Shown here piece by piece: positions 1-11,030 of a DNA stretch of 44,897 bases (its first letter is position 1; each line of letters starts with the position of its first letter). Source of the stretch: Octopus bimaculoides (Eukaryota). Made by a program: the position numbers and the translations under genes. The stretch is from positions 35,295,782-35,340,678 of the forward strand of contig NC_068997.1 of NCBI RefSeq assembly GCF_001194135.2. Direction: 5' to 3'. The notes beneath the pieces were generated by a model, which searched no databases, was not told the DNA's origin, and saw only the letters and a list, made by a program, of their open reading frames with translations.

Positions 1-69
1 ATTCTTGTGGTGCGATGGAGGAAGAAGACAACAAGAAGCAAAAGGACAGAATGAAGCGTTGGACCTTAC

Positions 70-202
70 CTTGCCGACCGCAGCGGGGTACACGATCGCT
101 CCTAATCAGAACACGTCTTTCTCGTAACGTCGCTGTTTTCTCACTGGCCCCACGTGCTAGCCTTCGACCGCGTGTCGCCGACTTCCGATCTGACCCTTCC
201 GG
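70..202 (-). promoter_or_regulatory. CpG-rich promoter / probable non-coding first exon of a gene running off the left edge
   Basis: Local CpG enrichment; ETS-type CCGGAAG (196-202) and CGGAAGT (181-187) on minus; CACGTG (151-156); strong donor CAAG|GTAAGG with exon ending at 70; no ATG between 202 and 70 on minus. Confidence 0.55.
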
Positions 203-659
203 TTTGGCTTCACCTCTGTTTGCCTCACCCCTCTCCACCTCAACACATAGCTCGTCACAGCCCATAACACCACAATTCTTTTATTGCAGGCAGATGTTTG
301 TACAGATATTCACTACGTCAAAAAACATTACAATAAGTGTTTTTTCATTGATCATATCTGGAAGGTGTTTCAACATATCTAAACCATTACTATAAAACTT
401 TTAATTCAGTATTTCATATGCCTTTTACATACCCATCTTTCTACGCTAGCATGTGTTACACAAATATTTTAGTATGACAGGAATTTTACATCTGGATGCC
501 CTCCCTGTCATTAATCTAATACATATATTGTGCCTGTTAGTACTATTTCATATATGGTATGCATATATGTAAGTCCTAGGGTTTTGGTTATGTACTTGTC
601 TTTTATCTTTTACTTGTTTCGTGTGTGTGTATACACTCACATGTACACACATACACACA

Positions 660-781
660 AACATGTATACGACAGCCTTCTTTCAGTTTCTGTTGACCAA
701 ATCCAAGGTACCATGCAGTGGGACAGAACCTAATGTCACGCAGTTGGGAAGTAAACTTCTTACCGCACAACCATGCCTGCC
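660..781 (-). mobile_element. tRNA-derived SINE, 5' part
   Basis: Reverse complement matches the head GGCATGGYTGTGYGGTAAGAAG...CCCAAC...TCCCACTGC recurring at 6186, 19866, 24868, 30820, 37805. Confidence 0.75.
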
Positions 782-782
782 C

Positions 783-809
783 TATATATATATATATATA
801 TATATATAC
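783..809. repeat. (TA)n microsatellite
   Basis: Direct reading. Confidence 0.95.
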
Positions 810-899
810 TTTATTACTCCCAAAGCACCTATTATCATAGGGATTGTTTCTGTTTTCAGGTTTCACATTTGAAATATTATCATTGTTGCTGTTGTTGTT

Positions 900-1897
900 A
901 CTACATTTTACTTCTCAGAGCTCACATTCTTACTTGCGCTCTTGATTCAGTGAGAGCAAACAGCAACTTGTTGTCTGAAGTCTCACAGGGTCTCGTTCCA
1001 CAAATTATAAGACTTGATACTTGGATGTTAAGTATCGTGGAAGATACTCAACACACATATCATTCTCAAAATTCTAGCTATCCCCAGTAGAGCAGTTTTT
1101 GGGCATGCTCTGCTCTCATGACAATTCCAATTTTTCCAACATATTTCTCAAACTAGGTGCCTAGAGCTCTGAGTGCCACTACAACTACTGGGATGACAGT
1201 TACTCTCCTCATTGCCCACATTCTTGCAATTTTGTCTTTTAGTAATTTATACTTTTCCACCTTTTCCAACTCTCTGTCACCTATGCATGCATCCACAAGT
1301 ATGGCAATATTTATGAGCTTAGTTTTCTCCTTTTATCTACCACAACAATGTCTGGTCTTTGAGCATCAGTTAGGGAGTCACACTGGATTGTAACATCTCA
1401 CAGAATTTTACATTCATTGTTCCCAGTAACATTCTTCCATGTTATTATGCCTCCTTTTGTAGTGCTTTTGGACCAGTTTGCTACAGTCACTCACATGCGA
1501 GATTGTTTTGTTTTTGTTGTCACACATTCTACAAAAGGGCAAGTCACTGCTCTTAGCTATTTGGAGCTTGGTGTAATTAGTCTGCAAATCAATATCTCAG
1601 TGCATTCTTTCAGCCACCTCCAGATGTTGGTCTTGTCTTACCCTTCAATTTCTCTGAGATATTGCCCATACAGTTTTCATTTTCCAGTTGTTTATTCTTT
1701 GTTCTTCATCTTGCTTCTTAAGTGTTTTTGGGTGCATCATATTTTCAGTAGGTATTGTGTTGTTATTTCTAACAGTGACAAGCTGTTAGATGAACCATCC
1801 CAGATTGTTCATCTTGTTGACCACATAGATCTTGCATCCTATGAGGCTTCTTCCTCCTTTGTTCCTAGGTATATACAGTCAATCAATATAGATCATT
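900..1897 (-). mobile_element. R4/Dong-like (RLE) non-LTR retrotransposon, decayed 3' fragment
   Basis: Frameshifted minus-strand translation: LYIPRNKGGR, IQCD..QRPDIVVVDK, EKVEKYKLLKDKIARMWAMRRVTVIPVVVVAL (RLE C-terminus); 5' truncation next to an (AAT)n tract at ~1900-1930. Confidence 0.75.
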
Positions 1898-1930
1898 GTT
1901 ATAATAATCATCATTATTATTATTATTATT

Positions 1931-2956
1931 CAACATTTAATGTCCATTGTCCATGCTGGCATGGGCTGGACGGTTTGACCAGGGCTGACAAGCTGAGAAG
2001 CTGCACCAGACTCCAATTTGATTTGGTATGGTTTCTATGGCTGGATACCCTTCCTAATGTCGAGAGTGCAATGGGTGCTTTTATGTGCCATCAGCATGGT
2101 TGTCTGTTGCATGATCCAGTATCTGTCACAAGTAGTTGGCTTGATGGGTCTTCTTTTCAAGCACAGCATGTTGCCAAAGGTCTCGGTCATTTGTCATTGC
2201 CTCCATGAGGCCAAACACTCAAAGGGTACTTTTTATGTGCCACTGGCATCAGCCACATTTACTCTGTGACACCAGCATCAGCCACATTGCCTCTGTAAGG
2301 CCCAACATTCAACAGGTAGTTTTTACGTGCCACCAACACAGGTGTCAGTTACATGACACAAGCATCAGTCACGGCTACTATTTCATTTGGCATGACAGGT
2401 CTTCTCAAGTACAGCATATCACTAGTCATTGCCTCTGTGAGGCCCAATGTTCGAAGATTGTGTTTCACCACTTCATCCCATGTTTTCCTGGGTCCTACCT
2501 CTTCCACAGGTTCCCTCCACAGTTAGAGATTGGCACTTCTTTACACAGCAGTCCTAGTCCATATGCATTACATGACCAATCAAGCACAGTCATCTCTCTT
2601 GCATGCCATTCCTAATGCCTCTTATGCCCAACTTTTCTTTTAAGATGCTTACACTTTGTTGTACATGCACACTGACATTGCACATCCAGCAAAGCATACT
2701 AGCATACTAGCTTCATTTCTTTCAAGCTTACACATGTTCTCGGTGGTCACAGCTCATGTTTCTCAGCCATGTAGCATAGCTGTTTGCACACAGGCATCAC
2801 ACAGCCTGCCTTTCACTTTGAGGAAGAGGCTCTTTGTTGCCAACAGAAGTAGGAGCTCTCTGAACTTTACCCAGACTATTCTTATCTTCACAGCTACGCT
2901 CTCAGAGCATCCACCTCTCCTACTGACTTGGTCACCTCTAGCTTACCCCAGTGGCA
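1931..2956 (-). mobile_element. RTE-clade LINE, 3' fragment with 3' UTR
   Basis: Minus strand encodes LFLKVKGRLCDACVQTAML-type C-terminus homologous to 8692-9006 and 11693-12157; shared 3' UTR GAAGGGCATCCAGC. Confidence 0.8.
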
Positions 2957-3220
2957 TGTGATGGAGTCTATTTTCTGTACATTTTTAGTGTTTATTGTAA
3001 TTGTAGACCTTCCACACACAAAAACTATTTCCCCAGTTAACCTACGACATATGTTTGTTTAACAGTGAATTCTGAGTATTGTACCTATGTTTGAGTAGTA
3101 TGGAGTGCATTCTGTGTTAACCTATTGCAGAATAATATATGCTATTTTTAGATAACCACAACCAACTATTTATTAGTGTAATACCATTTTACACCAGACG
3201 TTTATACCTATGTCATAACA
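2957..3220 (+). mobile_element. Putative 5' LTR of a Ty3/Gypsy element, followed by PBS-like TGGCAATGAG (3225)
   Basis: Begins TGTGATG, ends CATAACA (imperfect terminal inverted repeat); directly followed by a TGG-starting PBS-like site and the gag ATG at 3274. Confidence 0.6.
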
Positions 3221-3273
3221 TTTCTGGCAATGAGATTGTTCGAAGCTTGTGCTGGACCAATTTTTGCTTGTAC

Positions 3274-4121
3274 ATGGAAGATTTACTAGCTTCAATAATT
3301 GAATTACAAAAACAACAACAACAGTTGTTGGAATTTCAGAAGCAACACCAACTCTTAGTGTAACTGATACAGAAGAAAACAGAAATTACATCTAGTTTGT
3401 TCACCCCTGACACTGTCACAAATTCAATCGGAGAGTTTGCTTATAACCCAGAGGAGGGTACTACCTTCTCTGCTTACTTTAGAAAATATGAGGAAATTTT
3501 TAGAGAGAATTCTGCAACTGGCAAGACAAGAAAAAAAATTTGACTTTTGTTGAGAAAGTTGGTACCAGCCAAGCATGAGAAATATTGCAATTACATATTG
3601 TCAAAGGAACTGGGTGAAGTCTGTTTTGAAGAAATGGTGAATATTCTATCAAAGATTTTCAGCAAAAAAAGCTTGGCTTACTGGGTACCAAAGAAACCAG
3701 GTGAGATTTGTTTTGATGAAACAATTTTTTATTGAAAATTTTCAATGAAAGAAGTTCCCTGTTCAAAACTTGCTGGTAATGTTTAAATTTGGTCAAAAAA
3801 GATGAAGATTTCATCACCTATGCCGGAGTGGTTAACAGAGTGTGTAAGAAATTCAAATTGGATGAGTTGACCCCGGACATGTTCATGGGTTTAATTTTTA
3901 TTCAAGGACTTAATGCAAGCAAAAATGTAGATGTACAATTCCTGGATATAAGCAAAATTAGAACAGGACCAAATTTAACTCTACAGGCAGTAGCAGGAGA
4001 ACGTCAGAGGATTATAAATCTACAAAATGACACAGATAAAATTGAAGAAAAAGATTGCTCTCATATTCATGCCTGTCAACTGATATCAGATAAGAAAAAA
4101 ATGTCCAAAAACAATGTATAA
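3274..4121 (+). pseudogene. Ty3/Gypsy gag-like remnant (stops, frameshifts, no pol)
   Basis: NSIGEFAYNPEEGTTFSAYFRKYEEIF, LLRKLVPAKHEKYCNYIL, FITYAGVVNRVCKKFKLDELTPDMFMGLIFIQGL resemble invertebrate Gypsy gag N-termini. Confidence 0.7.
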
Positions 4122-4149
4122 TTTACTCCTCCTGTTTGTGTGTATCTTT

Positions 4150-5460
4150 AGAAGAGAAAATCATGTAAGAATTGAAGTAGAAGATCAATATCATACATGA
4201 ACCTATGTTTGTTTATGATATGACAATAATAAGTGAGTTGTATGTGTTATTTTATTTATCTATACAGTAATGGCAATGATATAATATTTTCATAAGAGAA
4301 AAACATGTAATAACTGAAGTAGAATAAAGATTGTTTTATACACAAAGTTCTGATTGTTTATTGCATGATAATGATAAGTGAATGTATGTGTTATTTTATG
4401 ATATTTATCAATACAGTAATGACAATTACATAATACATTTCATTGAAATAAGTAATTTATTCATTCTTGAATGTAATGATAGTAATGGTAAATGAAGTTA
4501 TTGAAGTATTCATGTTGCATTAAGAATATTTCTTTATAAACAATGTTTTTTGTCTTATTTCAGGGTACATAAGCTTTTACTACTAACAGTAAAATGTTTG
4601 GATCAATGAAGTTTGTACACCATCTTGTACCATTGCATTATTTTGGTTGAGACAAAATATGTAATAGCAAAATAGGAGTCCCCTTTTTCAACTGAAGACA
4701 ATGAAGAGCTGTACCTGGTGGTTCTAGTGAGTTAAAGAATTCGATGGAGTAGTTGACACAATCCTGATCATCAACAACACTGTCAATTAATGGTATGTAG
4801 AGGAACATTTTTTTGGAGCCAGGATAGCTCTGTCACCGATGTAATCTGTATTGTTGTAACTATGAAGAAGATTAGGAAAGGTTTCATACAGCAAATCATC
4901 AACGGAATCAGTTGAATTATATATTGCATTGAGTGTAAGAAACTGTTCTTCACTAATTAGAATTCTCCCTTCACCAAGTTTCAAAAGCTACTCTGCAAAC
5001 AGTTCAGCTGAATGATCTCTCGAAAGCATTGATCTCATATAATAATTTAAGTAGAAAAGAGATGAACTTCATACATGAACTTCTGTTTGTTTATTATATG
5101 ACAATAGTGAGTTTTATTTTTTATTATATTTATCAATACAGTAATGGCAATTATATAATACAGTTCATTGAAATAGGTAATTTAGTCATTCTTGAATGTA
5201 ATGATAGTAATGGGAAATTAAGTTATTGAAGTATTGATGTTGCATTAAGAGTGAATATTTCTTTATAAACAATGTTTTTAGTTTTATTTTATGGTGCATA
5301 AGCAAAAAGATTTGCTTTTGCTCCCACACGTGATGCCATGTGAAAAGCATGGCTGTTGAAGTTGCAATCCAGCAACTTTTAGTGTTTGGCCTCGACTTTT
5401 ATTAATGCTCATGGATAGGAAAGTGTAACCGTTGAAATTGCAATGGGACATTAGATAGTA
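4150..5460 (-). mobile_element. Helitron remnants (PIF1-type helicase pieces plus repeated AT-rich distal region)
   Basis: Minus: [43 protein letters not shown] (4561-4984); MSINKSRGQTLKVAGLQLQQPCFSHG and SRVG (5284-5420), i.e. PIF1/Helitron helicase C-terminal motifs. Confidence 0.8.
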
Positions 5461-6185
5461 TAACTGGTATATGTCTAAAGTTTTGTATGATTCTCTTAGT
5501 CTGTCTTTTGGTACCTTCATACTTTCTTCCTTTTTTTTCTTGCTCCCCCTCTCACACATTTCTTGGTCCTCTCTTTAATTCCTACTTTTCCACCTCGTTT
5601 ATCTCCTTTGTACCTTTCTCTTTTTTCTCTCTTTCCCATCCTTCTGACCCCTACCCCTCTCTCCTCCATCCACATGACCGGTGTTTGGCCAGCCATGATC
5701 TTTCTTTCTTGGCTTGACTGCCAACTGCAAACATCTCTTATGTCCATCTCCTGTGTTCCTGCCTCAAGGCTTTCACTCTATATACACCAGCTCAATTTGA
5801 TTTGTCTTCATTAGTCAAAAGACACTTGTTATATTCTTGTTGTTTGTATTTGTAATTGTGTAACATGTTCTCCGTTATTTGTCTTTGTTGTCATACACAT
5901 TTGCTTGCTTTCTTACAAAAAAAAAATCTAATGCTCTTAACTTAGATTTTTGGCGGGGCAACCAGATTCAAACAGTCCCAAGTGTAACTGCCCAAACCTG
6001 CAAGGACCATGAGGAAACTTGACTGATCAAAGAAGGCCACAAATAACCCGTCCTTATTTTTTCTGTCCCTCTATTTGTTATTTTTCTTGTCTGTCTTTGT
6101 ACCATCTATCTGTCCGGATGTTTTATTGTCCTCTATTGCATTTTTGTTCCATTTTTTAAATATTTATATTTATAATATATACATA

Positions 6186-6350
6186 GGTGTGGCTGTGTGG
6201 TAAGTAGCTTGCTTCCCAACCACATGGTTCCAGGTTCAGTCCCACTGCCTTGGGCCGACCAAAGCTTTGTGAGTGGATTTGGTAGAAGGAAACTGAAAGA
6301 CTATCATGTGTGTGTGTGTGTGTGCACGTACGTGCATGTGTGTGTCTGTC
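6186..6350 (+). mobile_element. tRNA-derived SINE (truncated) ending in (TG)n
   Basis: GGTGTGGCTGTGTGGTAAGTAGCTTGCTTCCCAACCACATGGTTCCAGGTTCAGTCCCACTGC with A/B-box-like head. Confidence 0.8.
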
Positions 6351-6359
6351 CCACCAATA

Positions 6360-7290
6360 TTGTTGCTTAATAGATTGTTACTGAGCTTGATTATTTCTTT
6401 GTGATGGGTATCACGAGCGCTAAGAATTCCACCCACTTCACAGAATTGATCAAGGACACCCCCACTGAATCCAACCAGATGGTGAGTCTAGATGTGATAA
6501 GTCTGTTCACCAAAGTCCCAACTGGTGACGCACTATTGGTGATTCAAGAAAAACTAATGACGGACACCCATCTAAAAGAACGCACTAGTAAACCACTAAG
6601 AAACTTGATGGAAATGTTGACCGTCTGTGTAGAAACTACCTACTTCAGTATGGACACTGATATATATCGACAAAAAGAGGGTCTAGCTATGGGTTCACCA
6701 TTATCACCGATAATAACCAATATATACATGGAATACTTTGAGAATTTGGCTTTAGGATCAACACCACTAAAACCAACCCTGTGGCTGCGATATGTTAATG
6801 ACACCTTCATACTCTGGCCCTACCAGGAAGATGTCCAAATGCTGTTAGATCATGTGAACTCAATAAAGCCATCCATACAGTTCACAATGGAAAAAGAAAA
6901 GGACAATCTGCTAGCATTCCTGGACGTATTAATAACACAAACCAAGTATGGATTTAGGACATCTGTATACCGCAAGCTGACCTTCACTGGACGATATCTC
7001 AACTTCAACTCCCACCATCCATACAGTGTAAAGAGAGGGATTGCTCAGTGCCTAAAACTTCGAGCAATGAATATAAGTAGCAATTGTGACACCCACCACG
7101 AAGAAATGATCAAGCTCAGTAACAATCTATCAAGCAACAACTACCCCAAAAGTATACTCTCCACTCCAATTATGAAGAAAAGAGATATATGACATCAGGA
7201 CAGTATTCAATAGTAATACAACACTTCGCAAATATCTCCTTTGAATAAGACCACCAATAGAAGAGAATATGACCAAGAACTGTTGTTTAA
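6360..7290 (+). mobile_element. Penelope-like element RT fragment with inverted 5' segment
   Basis: ORF 6401-7192: SLDVISLFTKVP, GLAMGSPLSP, WLRYVNDTF, FTMEKEKDNLLAFLDV, VYRKLTFTGRYLNFNSHHP (PLE RT); 6360-6414 is the reverse complement of 7086-7140. Confidence 0.85.
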
Positions 7291-7574
7291 CAGTTGCTGT
7301 CTGAGAGAGACTACATGATATTCAAAGGCTGTCTGCATTGATCTCAAGCCACTATTTCCTTCATCTATCCTGAGTTATTGATATCCCTATCTCTATGGAG
7401 GTTTCCAGTTGAGGTCATGATCCAGCAAGTTTTAAAGTGTATGAGGTAGATTTTCTCTACAGAGCAGTCAAGTATCCCAAATAGTACTGTGAATGCCTAG
7501 AGGAATATTGCCTTGTTGTAAGAGATGTATGTATGTATATATGCATGCATACAGGAAGGCATGAATATGCGTAT

Positions 7575-7735
7575 ATTGGAGTGGTTGGCATTAGGAAGGG
7601 CATCCAGCTGTAGAAACTCTGCCAGATCAGATTGGAGCCTGGTGCAGCCATCTGATTCGCCAGTCCTCAGTCAAATCGTCCAACCCATGCCAGCGTGGAA
7701 AGCGGATGTTAAATGATGATGGTAATGATGATGAT
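7575..7735 (+). mobile_element. Isolated RTE 3' UTR/tail with (TGA)n end
   Basis: GAGTGGTTGGCATTAGGAAGGGCATCCAGCTGTAGAAAC...CCAACCCATGCCAGC...ATGATGATG, homologous to 11031-11190 and 22150-22320. Confidence 0.75.
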
Positions 7736-7799
7736 AATGTATATATGAGAGCGTGTATTTTTGTGTTTCTTATTATGACATTACACATTAATTGTAAAT

Positions 7800-9572
7800 A
7801 TCTGGTGGAGTAGGATATGGCCTAGTCACCTGTAAAGTTAATCAGGTTATCCACAAGGAAGTCAAACCCAACAATTGGTGTAGCAGCATTATAGTCAACT
7901 GCTACAAAGGCAAAGGTGATGACTTAGACAGAAATAATTACAGATGCATCAAATTGCTGGACCAGGTGATGAAAGTCACAGTAAGGGACATAACTCAATT
8001 AATTCGGAAGAGAGTAATGTAAATGAAATGCAGTTTAGATTTGTACCAGGTGGGGGTATGACTGATGTTATATTCCTGGTTCGGCAACTGCAGGAGAAGT
8101 ATTTAGCCAAAATAAACTTTTATATATGGCTTTTGCAAACATAGAGAAAGCTTTTGACTGGGTCCTCTGCTCCCTTGTCTGGGGTCAACGCGAAAGCTAG
8201 GGATTGATGAATGGTTAGTGAGAGCTATGCGAGCCATGTACAAGGATGCTGCCATTACGGTGAAGGTTGGCAACAAGTATAGCAATGAATTCAGTGTACA
8301 GGTAGGAGTTCACCAAGGCTCAGTTCTCAACCCCGTCTTGTTTATCTTAGTCTTCCAGGCCTTAACAGAGGAATTCAAGATGGACTGTCCCTGGGCGCTC
8401 CTCTATGCTGATGACCTAGCTCTTATAGCTGAATCACTACCTGACCTTGACAAGAAATTTCAGGTGTGGAAGTAAAGCCTGGGCCTTAGAATTAATTTAG
8501 TGAAAACCAAAGTCCTAGTACATAGGAAAACAGACAAGTCACAAGCCCCTTCTGGGAGATGAACCTGCTTGATATGTAAGAAGGGTATTGGTAGAAACTC
8601 CATATGTTGTACTCGGTACTAGCTTTGGACATGTAGGAGGTGTAGTTGTATCACAGGAAGTTTAATAGAGTATATAGAAAATATAGTCGTTGTGTGTGGC
8701 AAATGTACAGGTACAATAAACACTAAAAATGCAATGACAATAGACTCCTTCAAATGCTCAAGGGGATCATTAGAAGTAGTAGATATCTTCTGTTACCTAG
8801 GAGTCCAAGTTAGCAGTGGAGGAGGAAGTTCTGAAAGTGTAGTTACTAAAATAAGAACAGGCTGGGCAAAGTTCAGAGAGTTTCTACCTTTGTTGGTAAC
8901 TGAAGGCCTCTCCCTCAGAGTGAGAGGCAGATTGTATGATGCATGTATATGTACAGCTATGTTATATGGCAGTGAAACATGGGTTTTGACTACAGAGGAC
9001 ATGTGAAGGCTTGAAAGAAATGAAGCTAGCATGCTCCACTGGATGGGTAATGTCAGTGTGCATGCATGACAGATTGTAAATAATTAAGAGGAAAACTGGA
9101 TATAAGAGGTATCAGATGTTGTGTGCAAGAGAGAAGACAATGCTGGTATGGTCATGTGATGCATATGGATGAGGACAGCTGCATAAAGAAGTACTGAGCT
9201 CTTATTGTGGAAGGAACCTGTGGAAGGGGTAGATTCAGGTGGACATGGGACAGAATGGTGAGAAAGGATCTTTGGATGCTGAGCCTTACTAAAGAAATGA
9301 AAGTGGACCAGGATATGTGGCAATTTGTGGTATATGATGCATTAAGCTAAGTAAAATCGTTGTGAAAATGCCCCCATGACAGTCCTATGTAAATGCTCTG
9401 TGTCAGTGCTGTGTAAATATACCCATGCCAGTGACACATAAAAAGCACTCAGCACATTCTATTAAGTGATTGGCATTAGGAAGGGCATCCAGCTGTAGAA
9501 ACCATGCCATGACAAATGATTAGAGTCTGAACAGCTGGCCAGCTCCATATCAAATCGTCCAACCCATGCCAT
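7800..9572 (+). mobile_element. RTE-clade LINE, decayed RT region to 3' UTR
   Basis: QFRFVPGGGMTDVIFLVRQLQEKY; GVHQGSVLNPVLF; LLYADDLAL; GRLYDACICTAMLYGSETW; family 3' UTR at 9420-9572. Confidence 0.85.
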
Positions 9573-9574
9573 CT

Positions 9575-10215
9575 GTGTTATAAGATTCCTGATATGAAAC
9601 TCTGTGTTGAATTTATCCAGCAAGTTCAACAGACCGTTGATTACAATCCCAGAAAGTCCATGAGGTCAATTGCAAAAGATCTCCATGTGTCAGAAGGAAC
9701 AGTCAAAAATGTTGTCCATGAAGACATCGGATATAAGTCTTATATGATGAGGAAAGGTCAGTTTGTCAGAAAAAGCAAAACAAAATCACTACAAACTGAA
9801 ACATCCAGCAGAAGAAGATTTGTTTTGGTTTTTCTCAAACAAGATAAACTTTGATCAAGATCAAAAGGTTAACAGAAGAAATGACAGATGGCTATGTGCA
9901 GACTCTTATGAAGTTCCAAGTGTTATGCATACAAAATGTCCTGCAACTGTCATGATTTTAGGGGTTGTCAGCAATGAAGGACATGTGATGCCTCCTTACT
10001 TCTTTCCACAAGGCCTTAGAGTTAACACTGCTGCCTACATTGAGGTCCTGGAAACAATTGTTAAGCCATGGATAGACAGTGAATGCAATGGGAGGCCATA
10101 TGTGTTTCAGTAAGACTCTGCACTATCACACATGGCTCTAGTAACACAGGAATGGATGGCTGAAAATTTTCATGATCACATAACCCCAAACATTTGTCCT
10201 AATTCCCCAGACACT
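9575..10215 (+). mobile_element. Tc1/mariner (maT/DD37D-like) transposase fragment, no TIRs
   Basis: SMRSIAKDLHVSEGTV (HTH), KVNRRNDRWL, VMILGVVSNEGHVMPP, RPYVFQ*DSA, PNSPD. Confidence 0.7.
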
Positions 10216-10339
10216 GGGTATTCCGTCATAGGAGATAAAGTGAGTATGGGATAATCCAGAAACAGCTGTAAGACTTCAAATTAACCTTACTCTAATTAAA
10301 TTATCATAAATGACTTGAGATACTCATCATGCTTTGGTT

Positions 10340-10382
10340 TTGTTGTCTTTTTTTTCTAATGTGTGTGTGTGTATGTGTGTGT

Positions 10383-10416
<34 letters not shown>
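10340..10416. repeat. (TG)n microsatellite
   Basis: Direct reading. Confidence 0.95.
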
Positions 10417-10419
<3 letters not shown>

Positions 10420-11022
10420 ATTCAATAATAGGATAAAGTCTTTCTAAGAATTTATCAAGTAGTTAGCGTGAAAAAACCTCACAAGGGGGGAAAAACCCAT
10501 CATTTATCCCTATAAATATATTTATTAATTTATATAAGGGCATTACTATACAATAATGCCTCACGCTAAGAGGGACGCTAACTACTTGATAAATTCTTAT
10601 AAAGACTTTATCCTATTATTGAATTATAAATAATTAGAATATATTCAGTGCTGAATATTATTCTAAAAAAACACATGTACCGAAGTGCAATTCAAAAAAA
10701 CCCGCCTCTTTCATGGATATATATAGGGATAAACAATCATCTATGTACTATGCTGAATACATAGAGTGTTCGTCGGGTATGTTGATTTTTGTTTATTTTT
10801 ATGTGTCTTGACCATACGTGTACTGATGAATAAAAGATGCAGATTACAGCGTTGATTATGAAATCATGATTTACCATTAAGTTAAAAGTTTTTAGGGGGT
10901 TAGCTTTGAGAGTTGCATTCCCTCGAGTTCGGTAAAAAGGTGTTTATTACGGTAGTTTGACTTTTTGAGTCCCTCTTAGCATGAGGCATTGTTGTATAGT
11001 AATGCCCTTATATAAATTAATA
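10416..11022. mobile_element. Non-coding element with two interleaved inverted-repeat pairs (probable PLE-derived inverted pLTR)
   Basis: 10416-10469 vs 10575-10628 (54 bp, 1 mismatch); 10523-10576 vs 10969-11022 (54 bp, 2 mismatches); small hairpin 10635-10665. Confidence 0.6.
10820..10874 (+). ncRNA. Candidate minimal hammerhead ribozyme (possibly degenerate)
   Basis: GTA-CTGATGA-[ATAA..GATGC/GCGTT..TTAT stem II]-GAAA-T-CATG-A-TT-TAC; palindromic TCATGA stem III; stem I only 3 bp; AUU cleavage triplet. Confidence 0.4.
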
Positions 11023-11030
11023 TATATATA

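Noticed and set aside
15-395. 126-aa plus-strand ORF as a protein gene
   Set aside because: No recognisable domain; low-complexity S/P/R composition; overlaps minus-strand promoter motifs and a donor site.
4787-4984. Host PIF1 helicase gene
   Set aside because: Fragmented with deletions and stops, lacks splice structure, and is joined to repeated flanks; fits Helitron debris.
5760-5825. Minus-strand CTAATGA...GAAA as a hammerhead
   Set aside because: Core mismatch and no convincing stems.
6186-6260. tRNA gene
   Set aside because: tRNA-like head continues into a SINE body repeated many times in the window; no intact cloverleaf seen.
10416-11022. DIRS-type ITR/ICR structure
   Set aside because: The central B-A' order is opposite to the complement of a circle junction expected for a DIRS ICR; no tyrosine recombinase or RT nearby.
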